Below, piece by piece: positions 34,668-44,016 of a DNA stretch of 64,000 nt (position 1 is the first letter of the stretch; each line of letters begins with the position of its first letter). Made by a program: the position numbers and the translations under genes. This DNA is from an uncultured delta proteobacterium (GTDB lineage Bacteria > Myxococcota > Myxococcia > SLRQ01): the NCBI GenBank assembly GCA_963727485.1, contig CAVSGM010000003.1, positions 96,001 through 160,000 on the forward strand. The letters run 5' to 3'. The notes under the pieces are model-generated. The model made no database searches. It was not told the origin of the DNA and saw nothing but the letters and a program-made list of their open reading frames with translations.

Positions 34668-34934
34668 CTAGCGGGCCTCGGTGGCCTGCTCGGCCTCGAT
34701 CTCGGCGATCACCTGGCCGGGGCGCACCGCGGTGTCCACCGGGGCCAGGACCTTGGCCAGGCGTCCGGTCGCCGGGGCCTCGATCTCGAAGCTCACCTTC
34801 TCGATCATGCCCTCGGCGATCACCGCGCCCTGCTTCACCCGGTCGCCCTCCTCGGCGAACCAGTTGGTGATCGCGCCGTCCTGGTCCTTGTCGTCGCCCC
34901 AGACGTCGGGGACCACCACCTTCACCGTGGCCAT
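34668..34934 (-). CDS. stand-alone lipoyl domain protein
   Basis: WFAEEGDRV..EGMIEKVSFEIEAPATG lipoyl-lysine pattern; 88 aa with no catalytic domain. Confidence 0.85.
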   Translation of the reverse strand: MATVKVVVPDVWGDDKDQDGAITNWFAEEGDRVKQGAVIAEGMIEKVSFEIEAPATGRLAKVLAPVDTAVRPGQVIAEIEAEQATEAR

Positions 34935-34947
34935 GACGGGCTCCCGG

Positions 34948-35955
34948 TCAGCGGGTGATCGAGGCGGCCGCCTCGACGATGCGCTGGGTGGAGGGGATGA
35001 CGAACTGCTCCAGGGGCCGGCTGTAGGGGATGGGGACGTCGGGGACCGCCAGGCGCTTGATGGGCGCCCGGAGGAGCCCGGGATCCTTCTCCACCACGGT
35101 GGCGGCGATCTCGCCGGTGAGCCCGAAGCTCTGGTAGTCCTCGTCGACGATCACCAGGTGGCCGGTCTTGGCCACCGACTCCAGCACCGTCTCCCGGTCC
35201 AGCGGCACCAACGTCCGCAGGTCGATGACCTCGGCGCTGATCCCGTCCTTGTCGAGCTGCGCCGCCGCCTCCATGGCCCGGTGGACCATGAGGCCCGCGG
35301 CCACCAGGGTGACGTCGGTCCCCTCGCGCTTCACGGCGGCCTTCCCGAAGGGCACCGCGTAGTCCTCCTCGGGGACGTGGGTCGACGCCGTGGCCGGCGA
35401 GGTCATCCACCCCAGGCCCATCAGGCCCTTGTGGAAGAAGTAGGCCACCGGGTTGTCGTCGCGGATCGCCGAGATCATCATCCCCTTGGCGTCGTGGGCG
35501 TTGGACGGCACCACCACCTTGAGCCCGGGCACGTGGGCGAAGACCCCGTAGAGGGTCTGGGAGTGCTGGGCGGCGTCGCTGTAGCCGCCTCCGTAGGCGG
35601 TGGTGAGCACCACCGGCAGGTGCACCGCCCCGCCGCTCATGTAGGTGTTCTTCGCCAGCTGGTTGTAGATCTGGTCGAAGCAGACCCCGAAGAAGTCCAC
35701 GAACATCAGCTCCACGATGGGGCGCATCCCCTCGGCCGCGGCCCCGATGGCGGCGCCGATGAACGCCGTCTCGGAGATCGGGGTGTCGCGGATGCGCTCC
35801 TTGCCGAACTTCTCCAAGAGCCCGGTGGTGGAGCTGAAGATCCCCCCGTACTTGCCCACGTCCTCGCCCAGGTAGAAGACGCTCGGGTCCCGGTTCATCT
35901 CGTGCTCGATGGCCTCCACCATCGCGCGACTCATCGAAAGCTTGCGCTCAGTCAT
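34948..35955 (-). CDS. TPP-dependent 2-oxoacid/acetoin dehydrogenase E1 beta subunit
   Basis: GEDVG, DTPISE, ELMFVDF, AAQHSQ, EVIDLRTLVPLD. Confidence 0.92.
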   Translation of the reverse strand: MTERKLSMSRAMVEAIEHEMNRDPSVFYLGEDVGKYGGIFSSTTGLLEKFGKERIRDTPISETAFIGAAIGAAAEGMRPIVELMFVDFFGVCFDQIYNQLAKNTYMSGGAVHLPVVLTTAYGGGYSDAAQHSQTLYGVFAHVPGLKVVVPSNAHDAKGMMISAIRDDNPVAYFFHKGLMGLGWMTSPATASTHVPEEDYAVPFGKAAVKREGTDVTLVAAGLMVHRAMEAAAQLDKDGISAEVIDLRTLVPLDRETVLESVAKTGHLVIVDEDYQSFGLTGEIAATVVEKDPGLLRAPIKRLAVPDVPIPYSRPLEQFVIPSTQRIVEAAASITR

Positions 35956-35963
35956 GGCTCACC

Positions 35964-36950
35964 TCACACGAAGACGTTGCGGAGCGCCTCGTGGGGCTCC
36001 GGGTAGGGGCTCTTCCGCGCGAACTCGAAGGCCTCGTCCAGCTCGGCCTCCACGCTCGCCTTCAGCTCGGTGTCGGCGTCGTCGTCCAGGAAGCCCGCCT
36101 CGAGGAGCTGGCGGCGCAGCTTCTCGATGGGGTCCTTCTTCTTGAGCTCGCTCACCTCGGTCTTGGGGCGGTAGAGCTCCGGGTCGCCCTGGAAGTGGCC
36201 GAAGTAGCGGTAGGTGTGCACCTCGATGAGGGACGGCCCCTCCCCGGCGCGCGCCCGCTCCACCGCGGTCCCGGCGATCTCGTAGAGGGCGATGGGATCG
36301 TTCTCGGGGACGTAGCTCCCCGGGATGCCGTAGGCGCCCGCCCGGTCGGCGTTGGACTGCACCGCGGTGGCCACCCGCTTGGGGACCGAGATCGCCCAGT
36401 CGTTGTCCTCGAGGACGAAGATCACCGGCAGGTGCCACAGGGCCGCGAGGTTGAGCGACTCGTGGAAGGCGCCCTGGTTGGCGGCGCCCTCGCCGGCGAA
36501 GGCCACGGCCACCGTGTCCCTCTTCTGCAGCTTCGCCGCGAGGCCCGCGCCCACCGCCGGCGGCAGCCCCGAGGCGATGATGCCCGAGCACGAGAAGTGC
36601 ACCTTGGGGTCGAACAGGTGCATGTGCCCGCCCTTGCCCTGGCCGAGGCCGGTGCGCTTGCCGAAGATCTCCGCGGTCATCTTCTTGAGGTCGACGTCCT
36701 TGGCGATGGCGAAGTGGTGCGGCCGGTGCGGCGCGGTCACCGTGTCGTCGGGGCGCAGGTGGCCGATGACGCCGACGGCGACGGGCTCCTGGCCGGCGGC
36801 GAGGTGCATCTCCCCGGGCACCGGCCCGAAGCCGATGTCGAAGCGCGGGCTCTTGCCCTCGTTGTAGGCCTCGGCCATGCGCTCCTCGTAGCGACGGATG
36901 AGCTGCATCTTGCGGTACATCCACAAGCGCTTCTCCCGGTTCGGCTCCAT
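35964..36950 (-). CDS. TPP-dependent 2-oxoacid/acetoin dehydrogenase E1 alpha subunit
   Basis: GQE, GKGGHMH, GEGAANQG...N TPP motif, TYRYFGH; AAGGAG RBS. Confidence 0.92.
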   Translation of the reverse strand: MEPNREKRLWMYRKMQLIRRYEERMAEAYNEGKSPRFDIGFGPVPGEMHLAAGQEPVAVGVIGHLRPDDTVTAPHRPHHFAIAKDVDLKKMTAEIFGKRTGLGQGKGGHMHLFDPKVHFSCSGIIASGLPPAVGAGLAAKLQKRDTVAVAFAGEGAANQGAFHESLNLAALWHLPVIFVLEDNDWAISVPKRVATAVQSNADRAGAYGIPGSYVPENDPIALYEIAGTAVERARAGEGPSLIEVHTYRYFGHFQGDPELYRPKTEVSELKKKDPIEKLRRQLLEAGFLDDDADTELKASVEAELDEAFEFARKSPYPEPHEALRNVFV

Positions 36951-37149
36951 GGTGGCTGCTCCTTCGGGCGCACCTCGACCGTGGCGGTCGTTCGTCGTGA
37001 GGCGAGCGACCGGGGCGGCCCCCTGGCGTCCCGCGCTGGCCCGATGACCGGGCCGTGTTCCCCAAGCGTACGGCGACGGAGATAGGGACGACGGGGGGGC
37101 GAGACAATGGCCCATCGCGCCGGGTCGCGCGGAGGGCTAGGATCGCCCC

Positions 37150-38766
37150 ATGGGAGATGGGCAGGACGCACGGAGCCACTGGGGGTGGGGCCTCACGGGC
37201 CGCTTCCCCAATCGCGAGGCGCGGATCGCCATGGGCCGGCAGGTGGCGGCGCTCCTCGGCGCCGAGCCCTTCGAGGCGAGGGACCCGGTGCCCCTCGCCG
37301 AGGCCCGGCTCCCGGCGCCGCGGATCGCGGTGCCCGGGGCGCTCGCGGACCTCGCCGACGTCACCCCCTTCGCCCGCGCCGGCCACACCTACGGGAAGGG
37401 CTACCCGGATCTCCTCCGGGGCTTCGAGGGCGAGTTCGCCCACGCCCCCGACGCGGTGGTGGTCCCCCGGGCCGAGGACGACCTCTCGCGGATCCTCGAG
37501 TGGGCCGCCGGGGCCAAGGTCGCGGTGGTCCCCTATGGCGGCGGCTCCAGCGTGGTCGCCGGGGTCGAGTGCGACGTCGGCGACCGCTTCGCCGGGGCGG
37601 TGAGCCTGGACCTTCGCGCCTTCGACCGGGTCCTCGAGGCCGACGACGTCTCGCGCACCGCGCGGATCCAGGCCGGCGCCACCGGCCCGCACCTCGAGGC
37701 CCAGCTCCAGGGGACCGGGCTCACCCTGCGCCACTTCCCCCAGAGCTTCGAGCACTCGACGCTTGGCGGCTGGATCGCCACCCGCGCCGCCGGCCACTAC
37801 GCCACCGGGCCCACCCACATCGACGACCGGGTGGCGAGCGTGCGGATGGTCACCCCCACCGGTGTCTGGGCGAGCCGGCGCCTCCCGGGCTCGGGCGCCG
37901 GGCCCTCGCCGGACCGGCTGGTCCTCGGCTCCGAGGGGATCCTCGGGGTCATCACCGAGGCCTGGGTGCGCCTGGTGCCGCGGCCCACCTTCCGCGCCTC
38001 GGCGAGCGTGCGCTTCGCCGACTTCCACCCCGCCGCCGAGGCGGTGCGGGCCCTCACCCAGTCGGGCCTCCAGCCGGCCAACTGCCGGCTCCTCGACAGC
38101 CGGGAGGCGATGATCAACGGCGTGGCCTCGGGCGGGAAGGCGGTGCTCCTCCTGGGCTTCGAGTCCGCGGATCACCCGGTGGACGGGTTGCTCGCCCGGG
38201 CTCTCGAGCTCGCCGGGGATCACGGGGGCGAGGTCGACCCGAAGGCGGCCCGGAAGCAGGGCCCCGGCAAGGAGAAGGCGAACAAGCGCGACGAGGCCTC
38301 GACCTGGCGCGACGCCTTCCTCGCCGCCCCCTACCTGTTCAACACCCTGGTGAGCCTCGGCGTCATCGTCGACACCTTCGAGACCGCCTGCCCCTGGGAC
38401 CGCTTCCCCGCGCTCCACGCCGGCGTCATCCACGCCATGAAGGACGCGATGAAGCGGGTCACCGGCGGGGGCCTCGTCACCTGCCGCTTCACCCACGCCT
38501 ACCCCGACGGGGTGGCGCCCTACTTCACCTTCGTGGCCCCAGGAAGCCCCGGGAGCCAGCTCGCCCAGTGGACCGAGCTCAAGGCGGCGGCGAGCGAGGC
38601 GGTGCTCACCCACGGCGGCACCATCGCCCACCACCACGCGGTGGGGCGCCGCCACCGCCCCTGGTACGACCGCCAGCGTCCCGCACCCTTCGCCGCGGCC
38701 CTCAAGGCGGCCAAGGGCGCGGTGGACCCGGCGGGGATCCTCAACCCCGGGGTCCTGGTCGACTGA
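37150..38766 (+). CDS. FAD-linked oxidase, alkyldihydroxyacetonephosphate synthase-like
   Basis: PYGGGSSV, HFPQSFEHSTLGGWIATR, GSEGILGVIT, HHHAVG, DPAGILNPG. Confidence 0.8.
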   Translation: MGDGQDARSHWGWGLTGRFPNREARIAMGRQVAALLGAEPFEARDPVPLAEARLPAPRIAVPGALADLADVTPFARAGHTYGKGYPDLLRGFEGEFAHAPDAVVVPRAEDDLSRILEWAAGAKVAVVPYGGGSSVVAGVECDVGDRFAGAVSLDLRAFDRVLEADDVSRTARIQAGATGPHLEAQLQGTGLTLRHFPQSFEHSTLGGWIATRAAGHYATGPTHIDDRVASVRMVTPTGVWASRRLPGSGAGPSPDRLVLGSEGILGVITEAWVRLVPRPTFRASASVRFADFHPAAEAVRALTQSGLQPANCRLLDSREAMINGVASGGKAVLLLGFESADHPVDGLLARALELAGDHGGEVDPKAARKQGPGKEKANKRDEASTWRDAFLAAPYLFNTLVSLGVIVDTFETACPWDRFPALHAGVIHAMKDAMKRVTGGGLVTCRFTHAYPDGVAPYFTFVAPGSPGSQLAQWTELKAAASEAVLTHGGTIAHHHAVGRRHRPWYDRQRPAPFAAALKAAKGAVDPAGILNPGVLVD

Positions 38767-38797
38767 AGGTGGGGCCGGGGGATAGACCATCCCCATC

Positions 38798-39658
38798 ATG
38801 AAGACACTCGACGGGAAGGTGATGGTGGTCACCGGCGCCAGCCGGGGCCTGGGCCGGGCGATCGCCGAGGCGGCCGCCCGGGAGGGCGCCAAGGTGGTCC
38901 TCACCGCGCGCACCGCCTCCAAGCTCGAGGAGGTCGTCGCCGGGATCACCGCCGCCGGCGGCGAGGCGGTGAGCGTCCCCTGCGACGTGGCGGACCTCGA
39001 GGCCGTCCGGGGCGTGGCGCGGCTCGCCCTCGAGCGCCTCGGCGCCCTGGACGTCTGGGTGAACAACGCGGGCACCAGCGCCACCTACGGCCCCATGGTC
39101 GACATCGACGTCGCCGCCTTCGACCGGGTCATCGACACCAACATCCGCGGCACCTACTACGGCACCGTCACCGCCCTGCGGCACTTCGCCGAGGTCGGCC
39201 GCGGGAAGCTCATCAACCTCTACGGCCGCGGCGACGATCGCCCGGTGCCGATGCAGGCCCCCTACACCGCCAGCAAGGCCTGGGTGCAGTCGTTCACCCG
39301 CTCGGTCGCCAAGGAGGCCGAGGGCAAGGGCTACGAGGTGATGGCCATCAACCCGGGCCTCACCGACACCGACATGCTCCGGCGCATCGACGTGGTCGAA
39401 GGCTTCGAGCAGAAGGTCACGCCGCTGGCCACGGTGATCCAGATCTGGGGCCACCCGCCCGAGGTCCCGGCGGCGAAGGTGGTGTGGATGGCCTCGGGCG
39501 CCACCGACGGGAAGAACGGCCTGGAGGTGCGGGTGCTCTCCCGGTCGAAGATGCTCGGCGGGGCCCTGGGGTGGCTCGGCCGCAAGGTCACCGGCCGCCT
39601 CGGGGAGAAGCCGACCCTCGAGGTGCACCCGAAGCCCGCCGCCACCGGCAAGGGCTAG
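38798..39658 (+). CDS. short-chain dehydrogenase/reductase
   Basis: TGASRGLG, NNAG, YTASK. Confidence 0.9.
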   Translation: MKTLDGKVMVVTGASRGLGRAIAEAAAREGAKVVLTARTASKLEEVVAGITAAGGEAVSVPCDVADLEAVRGVARLALERLGALDVWVNNAGTSATYGPMVDIDVAAFDRVIDTNIRGTYYGTVTALRHFAEVGRGKLINLYGRGDDRPVPMQAPYTASKAWVQSFTRSVAKEAEGKGYEVMAINPGLTDTDMLRRIDVVEGFEQKVTPLATVIQIWGHPPEVPAAKVVWMASGATDGKNGLEVRVLSRSKMLGGALGWLGRKVTGRLGEKPTLEVHPKPAATGKG

Positions 39659-39676
39659 GCGGTCGCCCGAGGTCGG

Positions 39677-40681
39677 CTACTGGTAGATCTCGGGCTTGGG
39701 ATCCCGGGTCATCAGCTCGACCACCGCCTGCTTCGGCGACAGGTCCTCGTAGAGCACCTGGTAGACCACGTCGGTGATCGGGGCGCTGGCACCCATCTTC
39801 GCCGCCAGGTCGTGGGCGCTCTTGGCGGTCTTCACGCCCTCGGCGACCATCCCCAGGTCCTCGAGGATCTGCGGCAGCTTCTTGCCCTTGCCCAGCTCCA
39901 CGCCCACGGTGCGGTTCCGGGACAGCGAGCCGGTGCAGGTCAGCAGCAAGTCGCCCATCCCCGCCAGCCCCATGAAGGTCAGCGGGTTGGCGCCCTTGGC
40001 GACCCCCATCCGCGAGATCTCCGCCAGCCCCCGGGTGATGAGCGCCGCCCGGGCGTTGTGGCCGAAGCCCAGCCCGTCGGCGATCCCCGAGGCGATGGCG
40101 ATGACGTTCTTCAGGGCCCCGCCGAGCTCCACGCCCATGACGTCGTTGGTGGTGTAGCTGCGGAAGTAGGGGGCGGAGAACAGCCCCTGGACGTCCCGGG
40201 CGATCTTGGGCCAGTAGGCGGCGATGGTCACCGCCGTGGGCTGCTGGCCGCAGACCTCCTTGGCGAAGCTCGGCCCCGAGAGGAACGAGAGGTAGGGCTG
40301 GTGCTGCTCGGGGAGGACGTCCTCGAGGATCTCCGCCACCGTCATCAGGGACTCGTTCTCGATCCCCTTGGAGGCGGCGATGAGCGGCGCCTGCGACGGC
40401 AGGGCCGCGGCGGCCTCGCCGAGCACCGGGCGGATCGCCGGGGTGGGCACGGCGATGACCACCGCCTCGGCGCCCTCGAGGCTCGCCGCCAGGTCGGTGG
40501 TGGCGGTGAGCGAGTCGGGCAGGGTGTGCCCCTTGAGGTAGCGGGTGTTCTCGTGCCCCGACCGGATGTCCTCGGCGAGGCGGGCGTCGCGCAGCCACAC
40601 GGTCACCTCGTGACCCTGGCGCGCCAGCAGATCGGCGAGCGCGGTCCCCCAGGACCCGCCCCCGAGAACGGAAATGGCCAT
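39677..40681 (-). CDS. gpsA: NAD(P)H-dependent glycerol-3-phosphate dehydrogenase
   Basis: GGGSWGTALA, LSGPSFA, GGALKNVIA, GDLLLTCTGSLSRN. Confidence 0.95.
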   Translation of the reverse strand: MAISVLGGGSWGTALADLLARQGHEVTVWLRDARLAEDIRSGHENTRYLKGHTLPDSLTATTDLAASLEGAEAVVIAVPTPAIRPVLGEAAAALPSQAPLIAASKGIENESLMTVAEILEDVLPEQHQPYLSFLSGPSFAKEVCGQQPTAVTIAAYWPKIARDVQGLFSAPYFRSYTTNDVMGVELGGALKNVIAIASGIADGLGFGHNARAALITRGLAEISRMGVAKGANPLTFMGLAGMGDLLLTCTGSLSRNRTVGVELGKGKKLPQILEDLGMVAEGVKTAKSAHDLAAKMGASAPITDVVYQVLYEDLSPKQAVVELMTRDPKPEIYQ

Positions 40682-40690
40682 GCCCCGACT

Positions 40691-42688
40691 CTAGAGCGTC
40701 TTCACGTAGGCGACCAGCGCTTCGAGCTGGTGCGCGGTGAGGCTGGCCGTGTGCCCGTGGACCTCGGCCCCGCTCCCATCGTCCCGGAAGTCCACCAGGC
40801 GCTGGGTGATCGTCTGCGCCGCGCCGTTGTGCAGGTAGGGCCCGGAGGTGAACACGTCGTGGAGGGTCGGGGTCTGGAGGGCGTGGGTCATGTCGACGAC
40901 CGGGATGCCCGTCGCCGGGTCGGTGAGCGTGGTGAAGGTGCCGACGTCATGGTCGAGGTTGTCGGTGGTGGTGACCCCGGTGTGGCAGACGTTGCACCCG
41001 GCGGCGCCGGAGAAGAGCTGCTTGCCCTCCTGCTGGAGCGCGGTGAGGGTCCCGTCGGCGGCGAGGTTGGGGTTGTCCGGGGCGAGGACCGCCCGGGACT
41101 GGAGGAAGGCGAGGATGTCGTCGAACTGGGGCCCGGTGAGGCCGGTGCCGCCCATGCGGGTCTGGACGATCTCCTGGAACCCGTGGAAGTCGGTGATCTC
41201 CCCGGCCCAGTGGAAGGGCCGGGTCTGGGCGAGGAAGCCGGTGGCGAGCAGCGGGGTGTTCCGCGGCCCCTCGGTGAACATCCAGGTGCGGCCGTCGTCG
41301 CGGCCCTCGGGGTGGCAGGAGGCGCAGGAGATGCCCCCGAGACGGGTGTCGGTGAGGCTCGGGTCGACGGCGGAGTAGAAGAGCCGCCGGCCGCGCTCGA
41401 CGTCGGGGGTGAGCCACGCCGGGGCGTCCGTGACGGAGACGGTGCGGGTCACCTGGAGGCGGTGGGCCACGTCGGCCACCCCCGGGGTCCGGGCGATCTC
41501 GGAGACCGTGTAGGTGTGGGCGTTGTAGACGAACAGGTGCTTGCCGTCGGCGGCCAGCGCCACGCCGGTGGGGAACTGGCCGCCGGTGTCGACCACGCCC
41601 CACACCCCCTCGAAGCGATCGGTCCCCGAGTGGGGCCCGTCGGCGTCGAGCACCGCCAGGTCGTCGGAGCCCTGGAAGGTGACATAGAGGAACGGGCTGC
41701 TCGGATCGGCGACGGCGGCGCTGGGGGCGTTGAGGACCGCGCTCCCGTCGGTGGCGATGACCGGGGGCGGGACCTTGGTGGCGTCGAGGGAGCCCGCGGG
41801 CGGGGTGTCGGTCAGCGGCCTCCCCGGCCCCGAGCTGGTGGTGCCGTCACCGGGGGCCGGGTCGGCGACCACCAGCGAGAGGCTGTCGAGGTTCACCGAG
41901 CTCACCCCGGCGGCGACCACCGGGACCACCCGGCCGCTCCCCGGAGAGCCGCCGTAGGCGTCGGGGCTCTTCGTGGCCACCGCCGCCTGCCGCGCCTCCA
42001 CGTCGAGGACGTAGGCGTGGGCGCCGTCGGAGGAGACCACCATGGCGCCGGCCTGCTCGGCCACGGTCGGGGCGCCGATCCGGCTCTGCATGGTCAGGGG
42101 ATCCTGGGCGAGGCGCACCGGGGCCACCGCCGGGGTGCCGGTGGCCGGGTCGAGGACCGCCACCTGGCCCTCCTTGAACGCGGTGACCAGGAGCTTGCCC
42201 CGGGCGAGGCGCACGCTGCGGGCGTGGTCGACCTTGGCGGTCCACCGCGTCGCCAGGGTGGCGGTGTCGAGGGCGTCGACCTCGCCTGCGGTGAAGCAGG
42301 CGACGTAGAGGGTCTTCCCGTCGGCGGAGAGGGTGAGGCCCACGGGCTCGGCGCCGGTGGGGAGGGTCGCGGTCACCTGGTCGGTCGTGGGATCGAGGAC
42401 CGACACCGAGCGGCTCCCCCGATTGCTCACGAACACCCGCCCGTCCCGGGCCACGGCGACGCGCGTGGGGAAGCGGCCCACCGGGACCTCGGTCTTCACC
42501 TTCAGGGTGGCGGCGTCGACGACCGAGACGGTGCCCTGGTCGGCGTTGGCGGTGTAGAGGGTGGCGCCGTCCGGGGAGATGCCCAGGGACCCGGCGCTCC
42601 GGGCGGTACGGACCTGGCTGGGGCCGGGGCAGCCGGCGAGGGCGAGGGCCGAGAGGGCGGCGGCGACGAGGCGGCGTGGGCGATACAT
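40691..42688 (-). CDS. lipoprotein with YVTN/YncE beta-propeller fused to a di-heme cytochrome c (bCcP/MauG-like) domain
   Basis: Lipobox LAGC; repeated LY.AN/VFVSN/LYVT blades; CASCH, RNTP, CNVCH, TPTL..PYLHNG. Confidence 0.8.
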   Translation of the reverse strand: MYRPRRLVAAALSALALAGCPGPSQVRTARSAGSLGISPDGATLYTANADQGTVSVVDAATLKVKTEVPVGRFPTRVAVARDGRVFVSNRGSRSVSVLDPTTDQVTATLPTGAEPVGLTLSADGKTLYVACFTAGEVDALDTATLATRWTAKVDHARSVRLARGKLLVTAFKEGQVAVLDPATGTPAVAPVRLAQDPLTMQSRIGAPTVAEQAGAMVVSSDGAHAYVLDVEARQAAVATKSPDAYGGSPGSGRVVPVVAAGVSSVNLDSLSLVVADPAPGDGTTSSGPGRPLTDTPPAGSLDATKVPPPVIATDGSAVLNAPSAAVADPSSPFLYVTFQGSDDLAVLDADGPHSGTDRFEGVWGVVDTGGQFPTGVALAADGKHLFVYNAHTYTVSEIARTPGVADVAHRLQVTRTVSVTDAPAWLTPDVERGRRLFYSAVDPSLTDTRLGGISCASCHPEGRDDGRTWMFTEGPRNTPLLATGFLAQTRPFHWAGEITDFHGFQEIVQTRMGGTGLTGPQFDDILAFLQSRAVLAPDNPNLAADGTLTALQQEGKQLFSGAAGCNVCHTGVTTTDNLDHDVGTFTTLTDPATGIPVVDMTHALQTPTLHDVFTSGPYLHNGAAQTITQRLVDFRDDGSGAEVHGHTASLTAHQLEALVAYVKTL

Positions 42689-42702
42689 GGCAGGCTCCCG
42701 TT

Positions 42703-43482
42703 TCAGCCGGCGAGGTCGAGGCCGACGGAGACGTAGGGGAGGGTGGCGTTGGCCACGGCGGTGGCGGTGAGGGGGACGTCGATCCCGAAGCGGGCGACGA
42801 AGCCGAGGTTCCGGTTCACCGGCAGCTCCACCCCCAGGTGCACCGGGAGGGCGAAGCCCAGGGTGAACGGCGGCGGCGGGCCCGCCAGCGGCACCGCGAG
42901 GGGCGCCAGGTTCCAGGCGGCGAGGAGGCCGGTGTCGGCGAAGAAGGTGGTGGTACCGAGGCGCGCCGAGACCACGACGCCCCCGGTGACGTCGACGTCC
43001 CGGTCCATGGTGAGCTTCAGGGCGCTGGCGTCCCCGTGGCCGAGGCTGGCGTCGACGCCGAGGCGGGCGGCCACGGCGAAGCCGCCGCGGTGGTGGAAGC
43101 ACCAGCGGCTCGAGACCCCGACCACGTTCAGGCCCCCGTAGAGGGTGGCGACGCCGAGGCGGAGATCGAGGGCCGGGGTGAGGCCGTAGGCGGCCTCCAC
43201 CTCGAGGAACGGGAAGCCGAGGCTGGCGGCGACGCCGAAGCGCCCGCGGCCGAGGGTGGTGCCGCCGAAGAAGCTCCCCGGGCTGCTGTCGCCCTGGGCC
43301 TGGGCGCGCCACCCGAGGAACGGCTGGGCGGCGTCGGCGCGGGCGGCGGCGGGGACGGCGAGGAGGACCGCGGCCAGGACCACGGCCGCGGTGCCGGCGG
43401 CGGCGTGGGACCCGGCGTGCCGGGCACGCACGGCCCGGCGCCTGCCGCCCCCCGCGGCGTTCCCCCTGGCTCGCATCCTCAT
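42703..43482 (-). CDS. secreted hypothetical protein, probable small outer-membrane beta-barrel (start uncertain: 43482/43476/43431)
   Basis: Signal peptide ending AARA; alternating hydrophobic strands; C-terminal YVSVGLDL. Confidence 0.55.
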   Translation of the reverse strand: MRMRARGNAAGGGRRRAVRARHAGSHAAAGTAAVVLAAVLLAVPAAARADAAQPFLGWRAQAQGDSSPGSFFGGTTLGRGRFGVAASLGFPFLEVEAAYGLTPALDLRLGVATLYGGLNVVGVSSRWCFHHRGGFAVAARLGVDASLGHGDASALKLTMDRDVDVTGGVVVSARLGTTTFFADTGLLAAWNLAPLAVPLAGPPPPFTLGFALPVHLGVELPVNRNLGFVARFGIDVPLTATAVANATLPYVSVGLDLAG

Positions 43483-43497
43483 CCAGGTCAGGATTTT

Positions 43498-43514
43498 AGC
43501 AAACCGCGTGCCGG
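43498..43514 (-). promoter_or_regulatory. sigma54 promoter
   Basis: Minus strand CCGGCACGCGGTTTGCT, a close match to TGGCACG-N4-TTGC. Confidence 0.7.
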
Positions 43515-43637
43515 CTCGTCTTCCCCGCGCCGCGATCGCCAAGCCCCTGAAACCAGGGGGCCGCCTCGTCCAGAGGTGCGTCAGCCGCGACGCGCCCCCT
43601 CGGAGAACCGCGAAGAGGCTGTCACGGATCCGTCGTC

Positions 43638-43910
43638 CTAGGAGACGTTCTCCACGAGCTGGAAGGCCAGCCGGCGGATGAGGATCCGCCGGAGCATCGC
43701 CCGGGCCGAGGATCGCTGGACGTCGTCCTCGACGTCGGCGCGGACCTCGTCGGCGAGCCGCATCACCAGGTCGACCTTGCGATCGTCGATGCGGGAGAAG
43801 TTCTCCTCGTCGCGGCGCTCGAGAAAGAAGTCGAGGCCGTGCCGCCGGAGGAAGAGGAAGAGAATGCGCCGGGCGCGGGCGTGAAGTGCCAGCTCGATGA
43901 CCTCTGCCAT
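43638..43910 (-). CDS. small helical hypothetical protein
   Basis: MAEVIELALHARARRILFLFLRRHGLDFF..., GC3-rich codon pattern. Confidence 0.55.
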   Translation of the reverse strand: MAEVIELALHARARRILFLFLRRHGLDFFLERRDEENFSRIDDRKVDLVMRLADEVRADVEDDVQRSSARAMLRRILIRRLAFQLVENVS

Positions 43911-44016
43911 GCGGCGCATTGTCCCCGGGAACCGCGGCCCCACAAGAAAACCGGAGAAGTGCAACAGGTCGCCACAACCCCGGTGGACGCCGGGCCGGTG
44001 GGGTCCCTCGCCGGCT

